Below, one piece after another: positions 1 through 13,975 of a DNA stretch of 64,000 bases. A program made the translations under genes and the position numbers. This stretch comes from Octopus sinensis. Its lineage: Eukaryota. The stretch's first letter is position 1. Each line of letters starts with the position of its first letter. Below the pieces are notes generated by a model. It saw only the letters and a program-made list of their open reading frames with translations. It was not told the origin of the DNA and made no database searches. The stretch is from NCBI RefSeq assembly GCF_006345805.1, contig NC_042998.1:100316001-100380000 (forward strand). The letters are read 5' to 3'.

Positions 1-3000
1 CAGCAATGGAAAATAAAGGAAATGTTTCCAAAGCCACAGAGACACAACTGAATCAGGGATTAACTTCTACTGTTATTTAGCTCCAGTCAATCTTGATAGA
101 ATTAGCATATGATCAAAGGCATACTGTAACTATGCCACCCATTTTTTTAACATAGCATATCTAGGATTAAATCATCCAATATCTTGCTCAATTTTCAAGA
201 TGATGGCAGGGTATAATTTGAAGGAGATTTAACTTCAATTTCTAGCATATCTACCAACTACATAAAGATTTCCTCATTAGTTTCATACTGTTAAGGAAAT
301 GACAGATTACCAAGGATAGGATGCTAGTCTCCATTGCAGTTGATAACTTTGATTAATTGTGTCAAAACTACATGCATTGAGGCAAGTACAATTCTGCATG
401 ATGTCCAAATGTACAATAGAATGCCTACCAAAGATTTGACCTCAATACCTATCACTCAGATGCAAATCCTTAAATCTTCTCAGCCAAAAAGGTAAATAGG
501 CTAATGAAAAGTTTATTCACAACTATCTCTAATTTGTTTTGGCCCATAAGTTAAGGCCATGCTGGAGTGCTACCATTGAAACTTTTAGTAACATTCCTCA
601 GTGTAGGCACTGAACAAGATTGAACCCAGTCCAGGATGTCTCATACTGTTGCCTGAATATGTCTTTACCCATGAGACAACTATGTCAACTACTTTATTAA
701 TTCACAGGTATATTAGTAATTTAAGAAAAGTCAATTTGATAAAATATTTTTAAAAAAACATTTTTAAAGCAGACTTGAAAACCCTTGAAGAACAGTATCA
801 TGATGAATAATAGGTGAGTATAGGAGCTAGATTTCTTAATATAATTGATACAATTACAAAAGCATATTTTAATGAAAAAAAAATCATATTTTGAAAATTA
901 CAAAACTTAAATTTACTCCATTAAAAAGTAAATAAATACTACACAGGTGTTCACTAAAATGCTCTTTTGATATAATATAAATTAACAGACAACACATCTT
1001 TGAATCAGCAAATGAGTGTTTATAAAAAAAAAAAAAACATTCAATATTGAAATCTGATAAAGGTGAGTCAGTCACCCAGAGAACTGATCTCTAATTTCTG
1101 TCAAGGGGAATTTTCAAGTAAAAGGCCGACCTTAAAAAGATAGTTAAAGAGCTCAGTCAATGAAGATGTAATTTTAACCAATGCTTTTCAAATGTTATTG
1201 CTCATTAGCTTGCTAAAGCATGTTCCTCCCACTGTACAAATGACATCATTATAATGCTCTTCTCACATTAAAACAGAATGTAGTGATAGCAAATATGAAA
1301 ATGCAGGTTTGCAAAATGCTTGAAATCTAACTTGAGATAATTGAAAATTATGTACAAATTATTAAGATAAAAATGATGAAAATAATGTTTTAGTGCAAAT
1401 ATAAAATGAATATTGATTTCTTAAAGATGCTCAAAACATAAGGAATAAACTTAAAGTGTGTGACATTCATGCCTTTGAGAAAGGTATTAAGTGCAGTGCT
1501 TTTACAAGTCACGAACTGGCTTCCACTTCAAATCAAAGGGGTGTTGCTGACTCAACAGGTAAGGAGTTTAGCTATCTGGACTTGAAAATAATGATTTTTA
1601 ACCAAGGCATAAAGCCATACATTATAAGGGAGAGTATAATTAATCAAATTCACCTTGGTACCTCTATTATTAATCACAATTGAATCAAAGGCCAAGTCAA
1701 ACTCCACATTTTTTAACTAAAATGATGAACTAGATACCACAAAGCATTTAATTCATTGCTCTCCTAATTCTACCCTTTTTTCTACTGATCAGTCAACATC
1801 AACCAATATACTTTAGTTTGGCTAAATTCTTTAAAGAAGAAAAACAGTAAAAAGATGTCACCATTAAGTCTGTTCTTTTCTCAATAACTGATGTATTTTC
1901 TATTAGCTTCCACCAAATTTAGATTAATTTTCTCCATCTACATTGGCATAAGTTGGTCTATTTTTAAACATCTTGCATGCATTACAGAAACAATAATCAT
2001 CATCATCATCAATGTCTGCTTACGATGCTGGCATGGGTAGGATGGTTTGACATGGAGCTGGCCAGACTCCAACTGTCTGTTGTGACATGGTTTCTATAGC
2101 TGGATGACCTTCCTAATGCCAACCACTTAAACTGTGTTCTTTCTTTTTTATGTTCTTTCTTTTTTTATAGATGCATTTATGCAGCACTGGCATGCATGCT
2201 TTTTATGCTGCAAGTCTGTATATGTGGAAGAATGCAGTCTATAGAAGAGTTTAACTGATGATTCTCCAATTTTTTTTTACCAAAATCTCAAACAGCCTTG
2301 TACTATTAAGAATACATTACATAAAAACCCAAAACCCATTTAACAAATAGAATAAAAAGCAAATACATTGAAGATCTTAAGCAATACAGGTGCCTAACTA
2401 AAATAAGGTAAATTATGTAGCCTAGATAGCACAATAAGAACTAGAGCAAATGATTCCATAGAGGTCACATTTAAGGAACACTAAAAATAGTTAAAGAAAC
2501 TGCTAAGTAGAATGGGTTTTAGAACTATGAGATAATTGATCACAATGTATTTCACTGAGATTTATAATATATAGCAGGGGTGACCAAATTGTTCGATAAG
2601 AAGAAACACAAAAAATTTTTTAAATTATAAATAATACACACACAGTGGCATTGAGTGGCATGTGACTGGCTATATTTGATATATACAATAGTGTCATGCC
2701 AATAATTCAAAAATATGAGATATTACAAATGACTATTATCAAAAGATACTTTTAAATATAAAAAAGGGATCAAAATTTAATATGTAACAAATACATTGGT
2801 AATAGTAACAGTATTTGATAAATTTTAGACAATGCATTTACTTCTATTATTCTAAGTTGTCAGAATTGTTAGAGTACCAAACAAAATGCCTGGTGGTATT
2901 TCTTCCAGTTCATTACATTCTGAGTTCAAATTCTGCTGAGGTCAACTCTGCCTTTCATCCTTTCAAATCAATAAAATAAGTACCAGTTGAGCACTAGGGT

Positions 3001-3847
3001 CGATGTAATAAACTTCCCCTCTCCTTAAAATTGCTGGACTCGGCCAAAATTAGAAAGAATTATTATTAAAACCTATAATTACCATTTTATTAAAATGATT
3101 TTTGAAAATAGTTAGAAAAAAAGAAAAAAAAGTATCTTTAATTAGAGATATTATCATTATTTTGTTTTTGTTTTATTTTTCTGTCAATCAATTTAAGATC
3201 AAATACAAGGAATAATTTAGATAAAATCAAGCTTAGTAACAAAATTTTTGAGGCATGAATCAATAAAGATCTTGTCAGCATAACAGAAGGCTAGAAGGCT
3301 ACACAATGGAATGCAATGATTGAATTGACCTTAGTTCTCTGTTTTGGGAATGCCAGCTGTGTATATGTGTGTGTAAGGGGAGGATCCTGAAAAATCAATT
3401 TTTTTTTTTTCCCTAAACTCATTATTTTTACTATAGGTTCAAAATGCTACACAATGGTTCAAATCTTAACCCAGACTATATTAGAAAAAAAAATAAAATA
3501 AAACAAAGAAAAATAATTCATGTATTAGATAGGAGTTCAAAATGGAAGCAGTCAATTTTCTTCTCAACAGCTACATTTGTAAAAGAGTAAGATGTCAGTT
3601 GATGATAATTAAACCTGGAAGAAGTCACTGCAAATAATAAGCAGGTCAGCCAAAAAGAGAGAGAAATAGAACTGACATAGAAAGTTGTAAACTATGGGCG
3701 ACATGAAACCTACAGAATCTAACTGAGCCATTTTTCTTCTATAAAAGAAAAGTAGCCCTGAAACAACAACAACAACTATAGTAACACAAATATAAACAAT
3801 ATATTTAGATATTGCTTTAGTTTTTATACATGATGTAGACATTGGAG

Positions 3848-4018
3848 AGTTGGTAAGAAACCTGCAAGCTTCCTTCCAAGTCATATAGTCTCAGGTTCAG
3901 TCCCACAGCATGATGTCTTGGACAAGTGCCCTCTACTATAGCCCCAGACTGGCTAAAGCAAGCCTTGTGAGTGAATTTAGTAGACGGAAACTGAAAGAAG
4001 TCTGTTTTTGTGTGTGTG

Positions 4019-4058
<40 letters not shown>

Positions 4059-4075
4059 TGTGTGTGTGTGTGTAT
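3848..4075 (+). mobile_element. 5' half of the same SINE family, ending in (TG)n(AG)n
   Basis: ggttcagtcccacagc..ggacaagtg..ccttgtgagtgaattt..gacggaaactgaaagaag. Further partial minus-strand copies at ~36300-36420, 42741-42897, 58310-58460, 61510-61670. Confidence 0.75.
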
Positions 4076-4189
4076 TAATCATAAGGATGCACTCGTACAT
4101 CTGCCTACTAGAAATGAGAACTATATAGGTATGTGAGGGAATTTTTTCAATCTGTTTCACCTGAGTACTGTTGATTGTGCCACTCCCAA

Positions 4190-4852
4190 ACAGTTGAAAG
4201 AATCCAGAGTAGAGGTAGACCCAGGAAGAATGGGATGAGGTGGTCAAGCATGACCTTCGAATGTTGGGCCTCACAGAGGCAATGACGAAAGACCGAGACC
4301 TCTGGAGATATGCTGTGACTGCGAAGACCCGACAAATAACATGAGCTCATGGCTGTTTCCTGCACCAGCTTCACAAAGCAGCCCCAGTCCATCCAAAGTA
4401 CCTTGGATTGCAAGACGGCCTTCTGTGCTTACCTTAGATTGTAGGGCGACAAGCTGTGCTTGAGGAGACCTACTGAGTCAAGTACATCAACATCAAAATG
4501 AAAATCAAATGGAAATTGTAGTTGTGATACCCAGGCCAGTGGCACATAAAAAGCACCATCCGAACGTAGCTGATGCCAGTGCCGCCTTGACTGGCTTCTG
4601 TGCTGGTAGCACATAAAAAGCACCAACCAATCATGGCCATTGCCAGCCTCCTCTGGCACCTGTGCTGGTGGCCCATAAAAAGCACCCACTACATTCATGG
4701 AGTGGTTAGCGTTAGGAAGGGCATCCAGCTGTAGAAACACTGCCAGATCAGACTGGAGCCTGGTGCAGCCTCCTGGCTTCCCAGACCCCGGTTGAACCAT
4801 CCAACCCATGCTAGCATGGAAAACGGACGTTAAATGATGATGATGATGATAA
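4190..4852 (+). mobile_element. 5'-truncated RTE LINE (end of ORF2 + 3' UTR + (ATG)n tail)
   Basis: RGRPRK..WDEVVKHDLRMLGLTEAMTKDRDLWRYAV-like sequence, then the family 3' UTR and a (GAT)n tail. Confidence 0.88.
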
Positions 4853-5237
4853 TATATATATATATATATATATATAGGTATCATCATTATTGTTTAACAT
4901 CTGTTGTCCATGCTGCCAAGCTGGAGATCTGCACCAGTCTCCAGTCTTATTTGGCATGGTTTCTATGGCTGGATGCTCTTCCTATTGCTAACCCCTTTAC
5001 AGAATGTGCTGGGTGCTTTTACATAGCACTGCATGGGAGGTACATATGTAAATTGTTTGTTTGTGAATGCATGTTTGTATTTGTGTGTACCCCTGTTTTG
5101 ACATTACATGATGGTTGTAAACGAGCATGTTGTTCATTTCTTGCCTTCCATAAAAAAACTTAACATATTCTGTCTGACCCACGCAAACATAGACAAATGG
5201 GCATTAAATGATGATGCTGATGATAGTGAATGAATGA

Positions 5238-5242
<5 letters not shown>

Positions 5243-5302
<60 letters not shown>
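5243..5302. repeat. (TA)30 microsatellite
   Basis: Direct reading. Confidence 0.97.
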
Positions 5303-5306
<4 letters not shown>

Positions 5307-8300
5307 GCCTATCATAAAAGTACATTTTCAAGTTTACAAAAAGATGAATATGAAAATATAATGCAAATATTACCAATATCTCTAAATCTTTCAATAATCC
5401 AATTAAATGGAATTTGAAGAGATTAATAAAGATTAATTCCTCACACAACTGAATTAACATCAATGAGAAAATAAAAATCATCAAAATAGGGTCTCAATAA
5501 AAAGAAATCACAACCTACTAATTATAACACATTTATTAGATTGAAATGCACAGAAAAATGTTTTAAAAACTAAACAATTTCCTTCTTGGAAGTAAAGTTG
5601 TAAATTATGCAAAAGAAGGTCAGAGGAACTTTTAAGAATTCATTAAGTAAGTAGGTCTGATTTCCTATCATTATCTATACTGTTCAGTATATGTTTCTTT
5701 ACATATTAGCCATTTGAAATGAATGATTCACTGAATAGGAAAAGTGAGTTGGAATTTTTTAAAGAATAAATAAATTATACCATAAGTATTGAGTGCATCT
5801 GTTCTTGTTTGTATATCCTCTGATTAAGCTCAGTGAATACACACTTTGTTGAAACACAGCCTCCATGTTGTGAATAACTATGATTATAATTAATCCTCCT
5901 TTGTGCATGTGTGTGTAAGTGGACCGCAGTGAAATCACCTTGTACCTCATAAGATGAAAGAGCCATTACGACTGAGAGAGAGAGAGAGAACAGGAGAGAG
6001 GGGTAGCTTTATGTGAGATGTTGAGGGATACAATATGATGGGAGATAGAACAGATCTGTTGTTGTGGCAGAGATTCATGGCTAACCTGAATTATATATGG
6101 ATGGGCAGAGGTGGATAAGGTGGAGCTAGAAAGTAAGATAAAGATAATGGTGAAACTGTAATAGATTGCATCTTCAAATTACAAGAAGGTAGAGACTGGA
6201 GTTCAAAAAGGGTAGGTAAGTAAATGTTGCAAGAGGTATGCAGGAAAGTGAGATGGTTCAAAATAGGACTGGAAGTAAATGTAGTGAATAGTGCACAAGA
6301 GTGGTTGATAGTAAATATGAATGAGAAGGCAGTGTTAAGAATGAGGCATGGACGTCAATAGAAGCGGCTCAGAGAAGAGGAAGTGATGACTGGCAAAACA
6401 GAAAGGGTTATCAGTAATAGAAAACAGGAGATAGGAGAGAGATGAATTATACAGAGATGCAGGTTGACAGGGGTGAGTAAAGGATGCAAGAGTGTAAGGT
6501 GTGAGAGAAAGCAAGTGGTTATGAGAGGTATATAGGGATGAATGTAGTATGTGACAAGCAAAGGTGGGAAGGTTTATGGGGTGGAGGGTTATTAAGAATG
6601 AAAGATGGATATCAATAGGAAGTAGCTTGAGAGTACGAAAGTGATAACTGGCAGTGTAGAGAGGTTGATGATATATGTAATAATGAGGTCCACAAACAAC
6701 AGGGTAATCTAGTAGGAAGGAAAGTGATGGGACATGTTGGGCTAAGGACCCAAAGTGTTCACAAGGCAAACAAGCATCTTTAATTGCATTGTACATTATT
6801 TACTCTTTCTATTGACACACACTTCTTTTCTCTATACTTTTCCCTTCTTCTTTTCTATACATTTTCCTTTACTGTACACTTCTTTGCTTTTTGTTTTTTT
6901 TACTTTACATTTCTATGCCTTTCAGGCACATCCTTTCTTATCTGACTTTGTATAACATTTTTTTGTTTGTATGCTTTTTCATTGTCTGGTTTAAGTGCTA
7001 ATGGGTTAAAGTGAAAAAGAGTCGTGTACTTTCAACGTCACTCCCTCATGTCACTAACTTCAATTATGTGGCAAGACAAGTCAAGATGACTGAGGATGGG
7101 GACAGATGACCAGAATGTCTTACTTGCTCATCCTTCTCTCTGCAGTCTACAATGCGTTGCTGCAACTGCTTTCCACTCTGTTGAGCTATGACAGTTTTTA
7201 CCACAGAGTCTGCTGGATCAACACTTCATAAGCACAAGTGGGGAAACCCTAATATGCTAGTTAACCCATAGCTGGACCTCTCACAGATGCTACTACTCCA
7301 GATTAGAGTAGACCAAGGAACAAATAGTAGCTAAGACATGGTTCCACATACCTCAAAACCCTGAACACATGAATCAGGTCTTGCTAATGGATGGAATCTA
7401 AAATCATGCCCAAGACGCACTGAACACACACACACACACATGCATGCTCACACACACACACACAGTAATATAAGTAGTAAACTCAGCAGAAATAGTACAA
7501 TGAACTTGTTCTGAGGAGTGGAAAATCCAACATTTCAGGGTAAGCCTTTCTTCAGGAGAAAAGTTGACAAGAGTGACTTTACAGAGTGGGACAGAAAAAT
7601 TGACAAGGAACACATCGTAGATATGAAAGGGGTTGCGAGGACAGTTAATAATGAAAATAAGATGGAAAAAGTGTGTTGGTATTTATTCATTTATTTTTTC
7701 CTTCCTTTCCATGCTGGCATAAAAATCAAAACATTTTAAGGCATTATTTCACAGCCAGATGCTCTTCCTGCTGCAGATCTGAACCTGCTTTTTAAAGTAA
7801 GGGATTATTTATTCCACTGGTTGGGACAAGTATACAGTAGAGAGTGCAAGATGTTTTGTTTACAAGGGATGTAAACAGGAAATCACTGTTTTGCTTCAGC
7901 ATGTCATGCAAAGACATGTTGAATGTAAATATTCTTGCACATACATGCATGAGGAAGTTGAATCCACATCCCATGTAAATAATGCACTCTATAACTCTGC
8001 ATTTTAAACACGTGATAACTGGTGGTATACAAAGACATCACATAAATATGATGATCACTATGAAGATGTGTGTGTGTGAGAGAAAGTGTTTGTATATATG
8101 TGTGTGCATGTGTGCACAAGTAAACTATTAGTGTTTAACAGAAGAATATGCTGATTAACAAGAAAAATTCAAATATTAAATATAAAACATTGATTTCATT
8201 CAGTTCAATACAATACTCAATAATTCAATGACAAGTGACTGCTACAATCACTAACAAAACACCTTCACTGAAACAAGCAACAACATTCATTCATTTAAAT

Positions 8301-9059
8301 TACTTGACATACCAAAATTCCTCACACATGAACAACAACTTTCTTAAGTGCTAGAACCATATTTCTCAAACCTTAATCCCTAAGATAACAAGCTGACAGA
8401 CAAGATGGTAATAACCAGAAAGCAAATTGAATAATATTGCTTCATGGAATCCAACACACTGGCTGTAAAAGCTGTAAACACACTGGTTGTAAAATGAACA
8501 ACTTTTAAAAGGTAACTGTTTCAAGTTTGAACCTGTCAGAGTTGATTTAACCTATAAACTAGCTGAAATTAATGTCTGTGACTTTTAAGGACTCAGCATC
8601 AGCTGAAAAAGCTACATACCATTGTTAAGAGGGACAATTTACCTGTCATCACATTAGAAAATTGCTGAAGTAAATATTTTTATAGTGAGATTCCCTTGTT
8701 ACTGGTAACCATTCTAAAAAATAAGTAGAAACTTTATTAATTAAACAGCTGCTCACTGCAACTTGTTCAGTTGGCAATAAGTTTCAACTTCTACTTTCAC
8801 TTTTGATCAATGCCTTGATACATAACTGAATGGCTGTAAAAGTAAGGTTTTCAAAATGATCGCAAACTCACAGCCTTTAAATTTCCTATAGATATAGTCA
8901 AACTCTAATTTCATCAATCCAATTTCATTCTGATCAGATCTTAACAATCAGGCACTGAAATAACTAACAGAAAGAATATGCCAGTACTTTATTATTTTGG
9001 TCATGTTTATTACTTTGAGTATCATGATGCTGGTAGGTAAGTAAATAAACCATGTTTGA

Positions 9060-9620
9060 TTGCTCACATTGTAGAATGCAACATCCTGTGTTATCTTCAC
9101 CAAAAGTAATAGCTAGGTTGTCTTTTTTCTCTCATCTCTGGTGCACCACAAGATTCAGTAATGTCTCCTGCACTCTTTCTTCTCTATTTTCATGACCTAC
9201 TTGCTGTGACTTTTAACAACAATGGCTCTTATACAAATAATACCACTCTTCACTCATCATACACAGATGTCATTTACTCACTATCTAGACATAATATTAT
9301 ATAGAGATCACTTTTATAAACAGAGATTCTGAAAATGTTCTCCAATCGTTATTACCAATCAAAGAAACAGACTTTCACAATATCTATTTTATGCACAAAA
9401 ATACAAACACTAAAAGCATCCCAGTCAAAACAAGTGCTAGGTTTCACAATCTCTGATGATCTGTCATTTAACACTGCTAACAATATAACCCAAATATTAA
9501 GTTTCCTTTCCAGGAACAAAATATACTTCAACTCTTATCAATTACTGGCACTCCACAAAGTTCAAGTACATTCAACATGCGGTTACTGCTCACAAACCTA
9601 GGACAATTCTGTTGTCTCAC
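9060..9620 (+). pseudogene. Degenerate non-LTR RT/thumb fragment (Jockey/CR1-superclade-like)
   Basis: SGAPQDSVMSPALFLLYFHDLL (GVPQGSVLSPxLF motif); VLGFTISDDLSF...LSFLSRNKIYFNSYQLLALHKVQVHSTCGYCS (LYK..IRP.LEYCS motif). Confidence 0.72.
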
Positions 9621-10019
9621 ACACACACACACACACACACTGGAGAACATTAAAAAAATGGTCATCTAACTGTTTAACAAAGACTTACTTTCTTTTCACC
9701 TTCCTCTCTCTCTCTCCCTCCATCTCTCTCACACACACACTTCTAACAATGGCTAAGCAATTCTTTCTCAATATTTCAGTGACTGATACTATAATAATCT
9801 TAACCATTACACCTACCTTCCTTCCTCTCACCATCCCTAATCTATCCTAAACTTTACTTTGTGTAACATTTTGCTCAAACATTCTTCCTAAAAACAGTAA
9901 CTCCCTGGAACTTGCTCTTAGCCCACATTTTTATAATAGGCATTAACCTACAGCAGTTCAAAATGAACATCACGTATATCAATTTCACTAGTCTGGTACT
10001 GCACTTCATCTACCATCAT

Positions 10020-10690
10020 CATCCTGAGTTTAAGTCCACCTTCACATCTTCCCATGTCTTCTTGGCTCTGCCACAGGTTCCTTCTCTTGGGTTGTTTGGC
10101 TCTTTTTTACCCAACTGTCATTTTTCCATATGTGTCATACCTCCATACCAGTATGGTCTCCTTTCTTGCACAGTTTATTTTCTTGGCTCATTTGTGTTCC
10201 ATTGTTCATGCACACTAAGTTATACATCCTTTGAAACATGCTTTATTTTTTTTATCAGCCACCACACTTTTGTCAGATTCAAGGCCCAAGTTTTGCCACC
10301 TGTAACATCATGATTTGTAAACAAACATCATACAATCTGCCCTTTATTCAGAAAGAATACCTCTTTGCAGCCAACAGTAGCTCCCTAAACATTTTTGCAC
10401 CCCTTTCTTACTCTGGCTATTATGCTTTCAAAGCACTCACCAAAATTTTTTACTTGGGTCAATGAAGTAAGAGAATTATGAGCTACTTATATAGAGCCTT
10501 CCAAACATTTAAAAGAATTTATTTCATCTATGTTTTTAACTACTCTTGTGTATCTGCAACATTGAGAGCTTTTTTTTTCCAATAAACCTGCCTGTTATCC
10601 CACTAACTCTGTTGTGCACCAATAGTTTAAAATGGGTACCACATATGGAATCACAAATAGTTCCTTTTCTGCATAGTGAACATGGCCATT
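10020..10690 (-). pseudogene. Degenerate RTE ORF2 C-terminal half
   Basis: Minus strand aligns by eye with 18300-19000 (tgcagaaaagg, ggcagattgtatgatg, aacttgggccttgaat, acctgtggcagagccaagaagacatggg). Confidence 0.7.
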
Positions 10691-13600
10691 TCAAAGATGA
10701 CAGTACAGTTCAATCTTTATTATAGCTAAGCTCAATTTAAGGTCTTATGTTTGCAGACTTTTTACACAAACACACACACACTCTCTATATTATATAGTCA
10801 GATGCTCTTCTCATTGCAAATCTGAATCTGTTCATATATATGATAAATTTTCAACAGCTTACAATTTATGACGAGTAGCTGAAGGAGATGAAAGCACTCA
10901 ATAGTATTTATCCAAATCCTGACAACATTCTCTTTTTTTTTCTTTTTTTTATTAATGTGTGTTTTTGCTATTTGTGTTTTAAATCAATTCAATGAAAACT
11001 GACCAGAGTTTATGAATAATAATAAATACATGAAAGTAAAAAATGTAAAATTATAACACTGCAAAAAAAGTAACGGTATCTGTTATAGATATATCTGTGT
11101 TTTCTCTCCAGAAATGTAATTTTAGAACAATAGCTCATACTGTATGAATTAATAGATGATGGTATTGATGATAATTATGATGATATTTATCATTAATTTT
11201 CATTTGTATATGCTGACGTCTATTTGGCAGATATCTTTAAATGGTTTCTCCTCATGTACTCTTGGTTAAACCAATCTCTCTGCCAATCATAACTTTTGAG
11301 GTCAGCACAAATTATCATTATTTGAATGACTGGCAAATCCATTCACACTGTTTTTCTTTTTTTTTTTTCATCTCTTTATCTCACAATATATGCATACCAG
11401 CAAAATAGAATATATTTTAAAAACATAAATTCAGCAATAATTATCCTTTACTCACTGAGGTATCTTAATTAACATACCTAAGCCTTTATGGGAAAAAAAT
11501 GTAAAAGAAAAAAAAACAACTAAGTAACATCTTAGCCAAATTGATGCATAAGACGTTGAAATTTATTCTGTTTCTATAGCCTTAAATAATACAAAATGTA
11601 TGCACCCACAAAATATAGAATGTTAGCTTTCACAAGTTAGTTTTGGCAGCTAATTCCTCACTTCTGTAGCAATGAATAGTTAAATTGATCAAGACAGAAG
11701 TTGAACTGAAGAACAAATGAAACTGAACTTGGTGACTTAATTCAAGTATTTTAACCAAATGCATTTACATATTATGTAAATGCATTTGGTTAAAAATGAT
11801 GTCTAGAGGGTGACAGAATTATATTCAAATGGGGGAAAAAGAACAAAAACAAAAAATCTGAGTTTTGAAATCAAATGATGAAACATTTGTGGGGTTAACA
11901 GTTATATTGATTTTTACTGATAGTTCTCTGTTCTTCAGGAGCCAACAGCTGGCTCATCTCTTGTAACCAGGAATTAAACTTAATCTTCTCTCATTGATGC
12001 ATGAAACCTTGCCAACTAAAACTAATTTGTAACTGCTTCAACACATTTTACAACTTCTCCTCATGTCATCATTAATATTGCATCTTAAAGTATCTTGTTC
12101 AACTGGAATTTCTTCAGGATATCATAATCACTTCAAATGATTCACCTATACAGTGTTGGGGATGTGACATAGTGAACATTCATAGGAGATCTAATTACCA
12201 AATTATTTCTCAAATTCAACAGCTGTACTCTCTGTTGACAGATACAGCTATAGAACAAGAGAAAGAATGTACTTATTGTTTTGTAAATTTAAAATAATCT
12301 GAACAGCTTCAGGACTCCTAAGTGACCTCTGCATTATGAGCCTTAAACAAGGTTATTCCTAATAAATTTCTTCTCTTGTTTTTCCTTTTTTCAATAATGT
12401 CTGTGTACCATCTACGTATTGTACTTAACATATATACACCATTGACAGGCATAATGCTGCAGTTTCTGTCTGAGAGAAAATCTTTTCATAGAGATGTTGT
12501 GTTAAGAACAAGATAAGCATCATTGTAGTAGAGACCCATGGGAACAGCAAATGTGTTTCACCCTTCTTAGGACTTGTCAATAACATGCACCCTATAGTCA
12601 CATACCCAGATGAAATCTGTCAAATACAGTATATAGCGAATGGTGACTAATACATTCATTTGTAATATCTATGATTATTCACTGCATTTATAATCTAATG
12701 CAGTTTCAATTGCATAAAGTGCACATGTGTATGTGTGCACACGTGCATGTGCACACATGCACGTGTGTAAATAACTAGAATAAAACACTGAAATAATGTT
12801 TTGAAACTCAATAAAATCTTGTACTCAGGGTTTCACATTGAAGAAATCTCTATATTTCTAAAAGATATAGAGCACTAAAATATGTTAATAACTTGAAGGT
12901 TATATCTACTCCAGCAGTTAGAGGATGTTACAAGGAAACTGAGCAGTGTTTGTAAAATGATTTTTAATTGCTATACACGGAGATGAATTTTGCAAAAAGT
13001 ATAATTATCTTAATCAACCCTAGTATATTACTGGTACTTTCTTTACTCCTCAATTCTTCCCCACCAAGGGTCAGCTACTGCAAGGTTGAGATAAACAGAC
13101 CTAAATGGTGTAATACTTAGCATCTATAAAATAATTTCTCATCAAAGGCCTAATCTGTCTAAATTGGAAATGAAATTGGTGTAAGAATCAATTTACTTAC
13201 ATTTATATTTATATCTAATTAAATTCATATTTATATTAAACTTATATTTAAGAAAAAGAAGCAGTTCCAACTTATTTATCAATACTTTAGTGATCCTGAT
13301 AATATTTGAACTTCCAGCAGTGAAGTACCAAAACCTTGAATAAAGTAGAAGTTAATTGCTTAGATCTGAAGTTCTACCTTATTTACCTGTTGTGTCTCTT
13401 CAGTTTTCCACTACATTGATTTCAGTAAATTCTGAAGCTCGAAAGAATTTTTTCATCACTATCGCATTATCATCAATAATCATCTGTCATTCCCTTCTAA
13501 CCCCATACACTCCTAAACAAATACTACATCTGTATTCTTCCACATCTAATAAAATCCAACAGCAACATTAACAGTTTCCATCAAATATCCACTTTTTCCT

Positions 13601-13916
13601 TACGTACAACAACAAAACATAAATATTTTGCTTTCTTCTTATGAACAACTCACTGCTTTAATACCCGTCATCACCTTTCCCAGTGATGCAAATCAATTAG
13701 GGGCTTCTACGTAGTTGCCCGACCTGTTAGATATAGTTATCAATTCTGCTGAATTACACACCCTATCAAACAAGAAAAACATTGCACAGCTTAATGTGGT
13801 TATGGATTTTCTTTTAAAGTATAAATGACAAATGGAATGCCATCTCTGATTGAACCAGCTCAATCAGAGATGAGACAAGGCAAAACAACAACTGGCAGCC
13901 TCAATAATATTTAGCT

Positions 13917-13918
<2 letters not shown>

Positions 13919-13972
<54 letters not shown>
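13919..13972. repeat. (CT)27 microsatellite
   Basis: Direct reading. Confidence 0.97.

Positions 13973-13975
<3 letters not shown>

Noticed and set aside
2575-2600. hAT-like terminus CAGGGGTGACCAA
   Set aside because: No partner TIR or TSD found.
8643-8713. Minus-strand exon-like cassette with good AG and GTAAAT
   Set aside because: Stops in all three frames and no FERM similarity; only RNA-seq could show a poison exon.
12146-12247. Minus-strand 102-nt candidate exon with a strong pyrimidine tract
   Set aside because: One open frame but no similarity to the expected next FRMD4 exon; unsupported.
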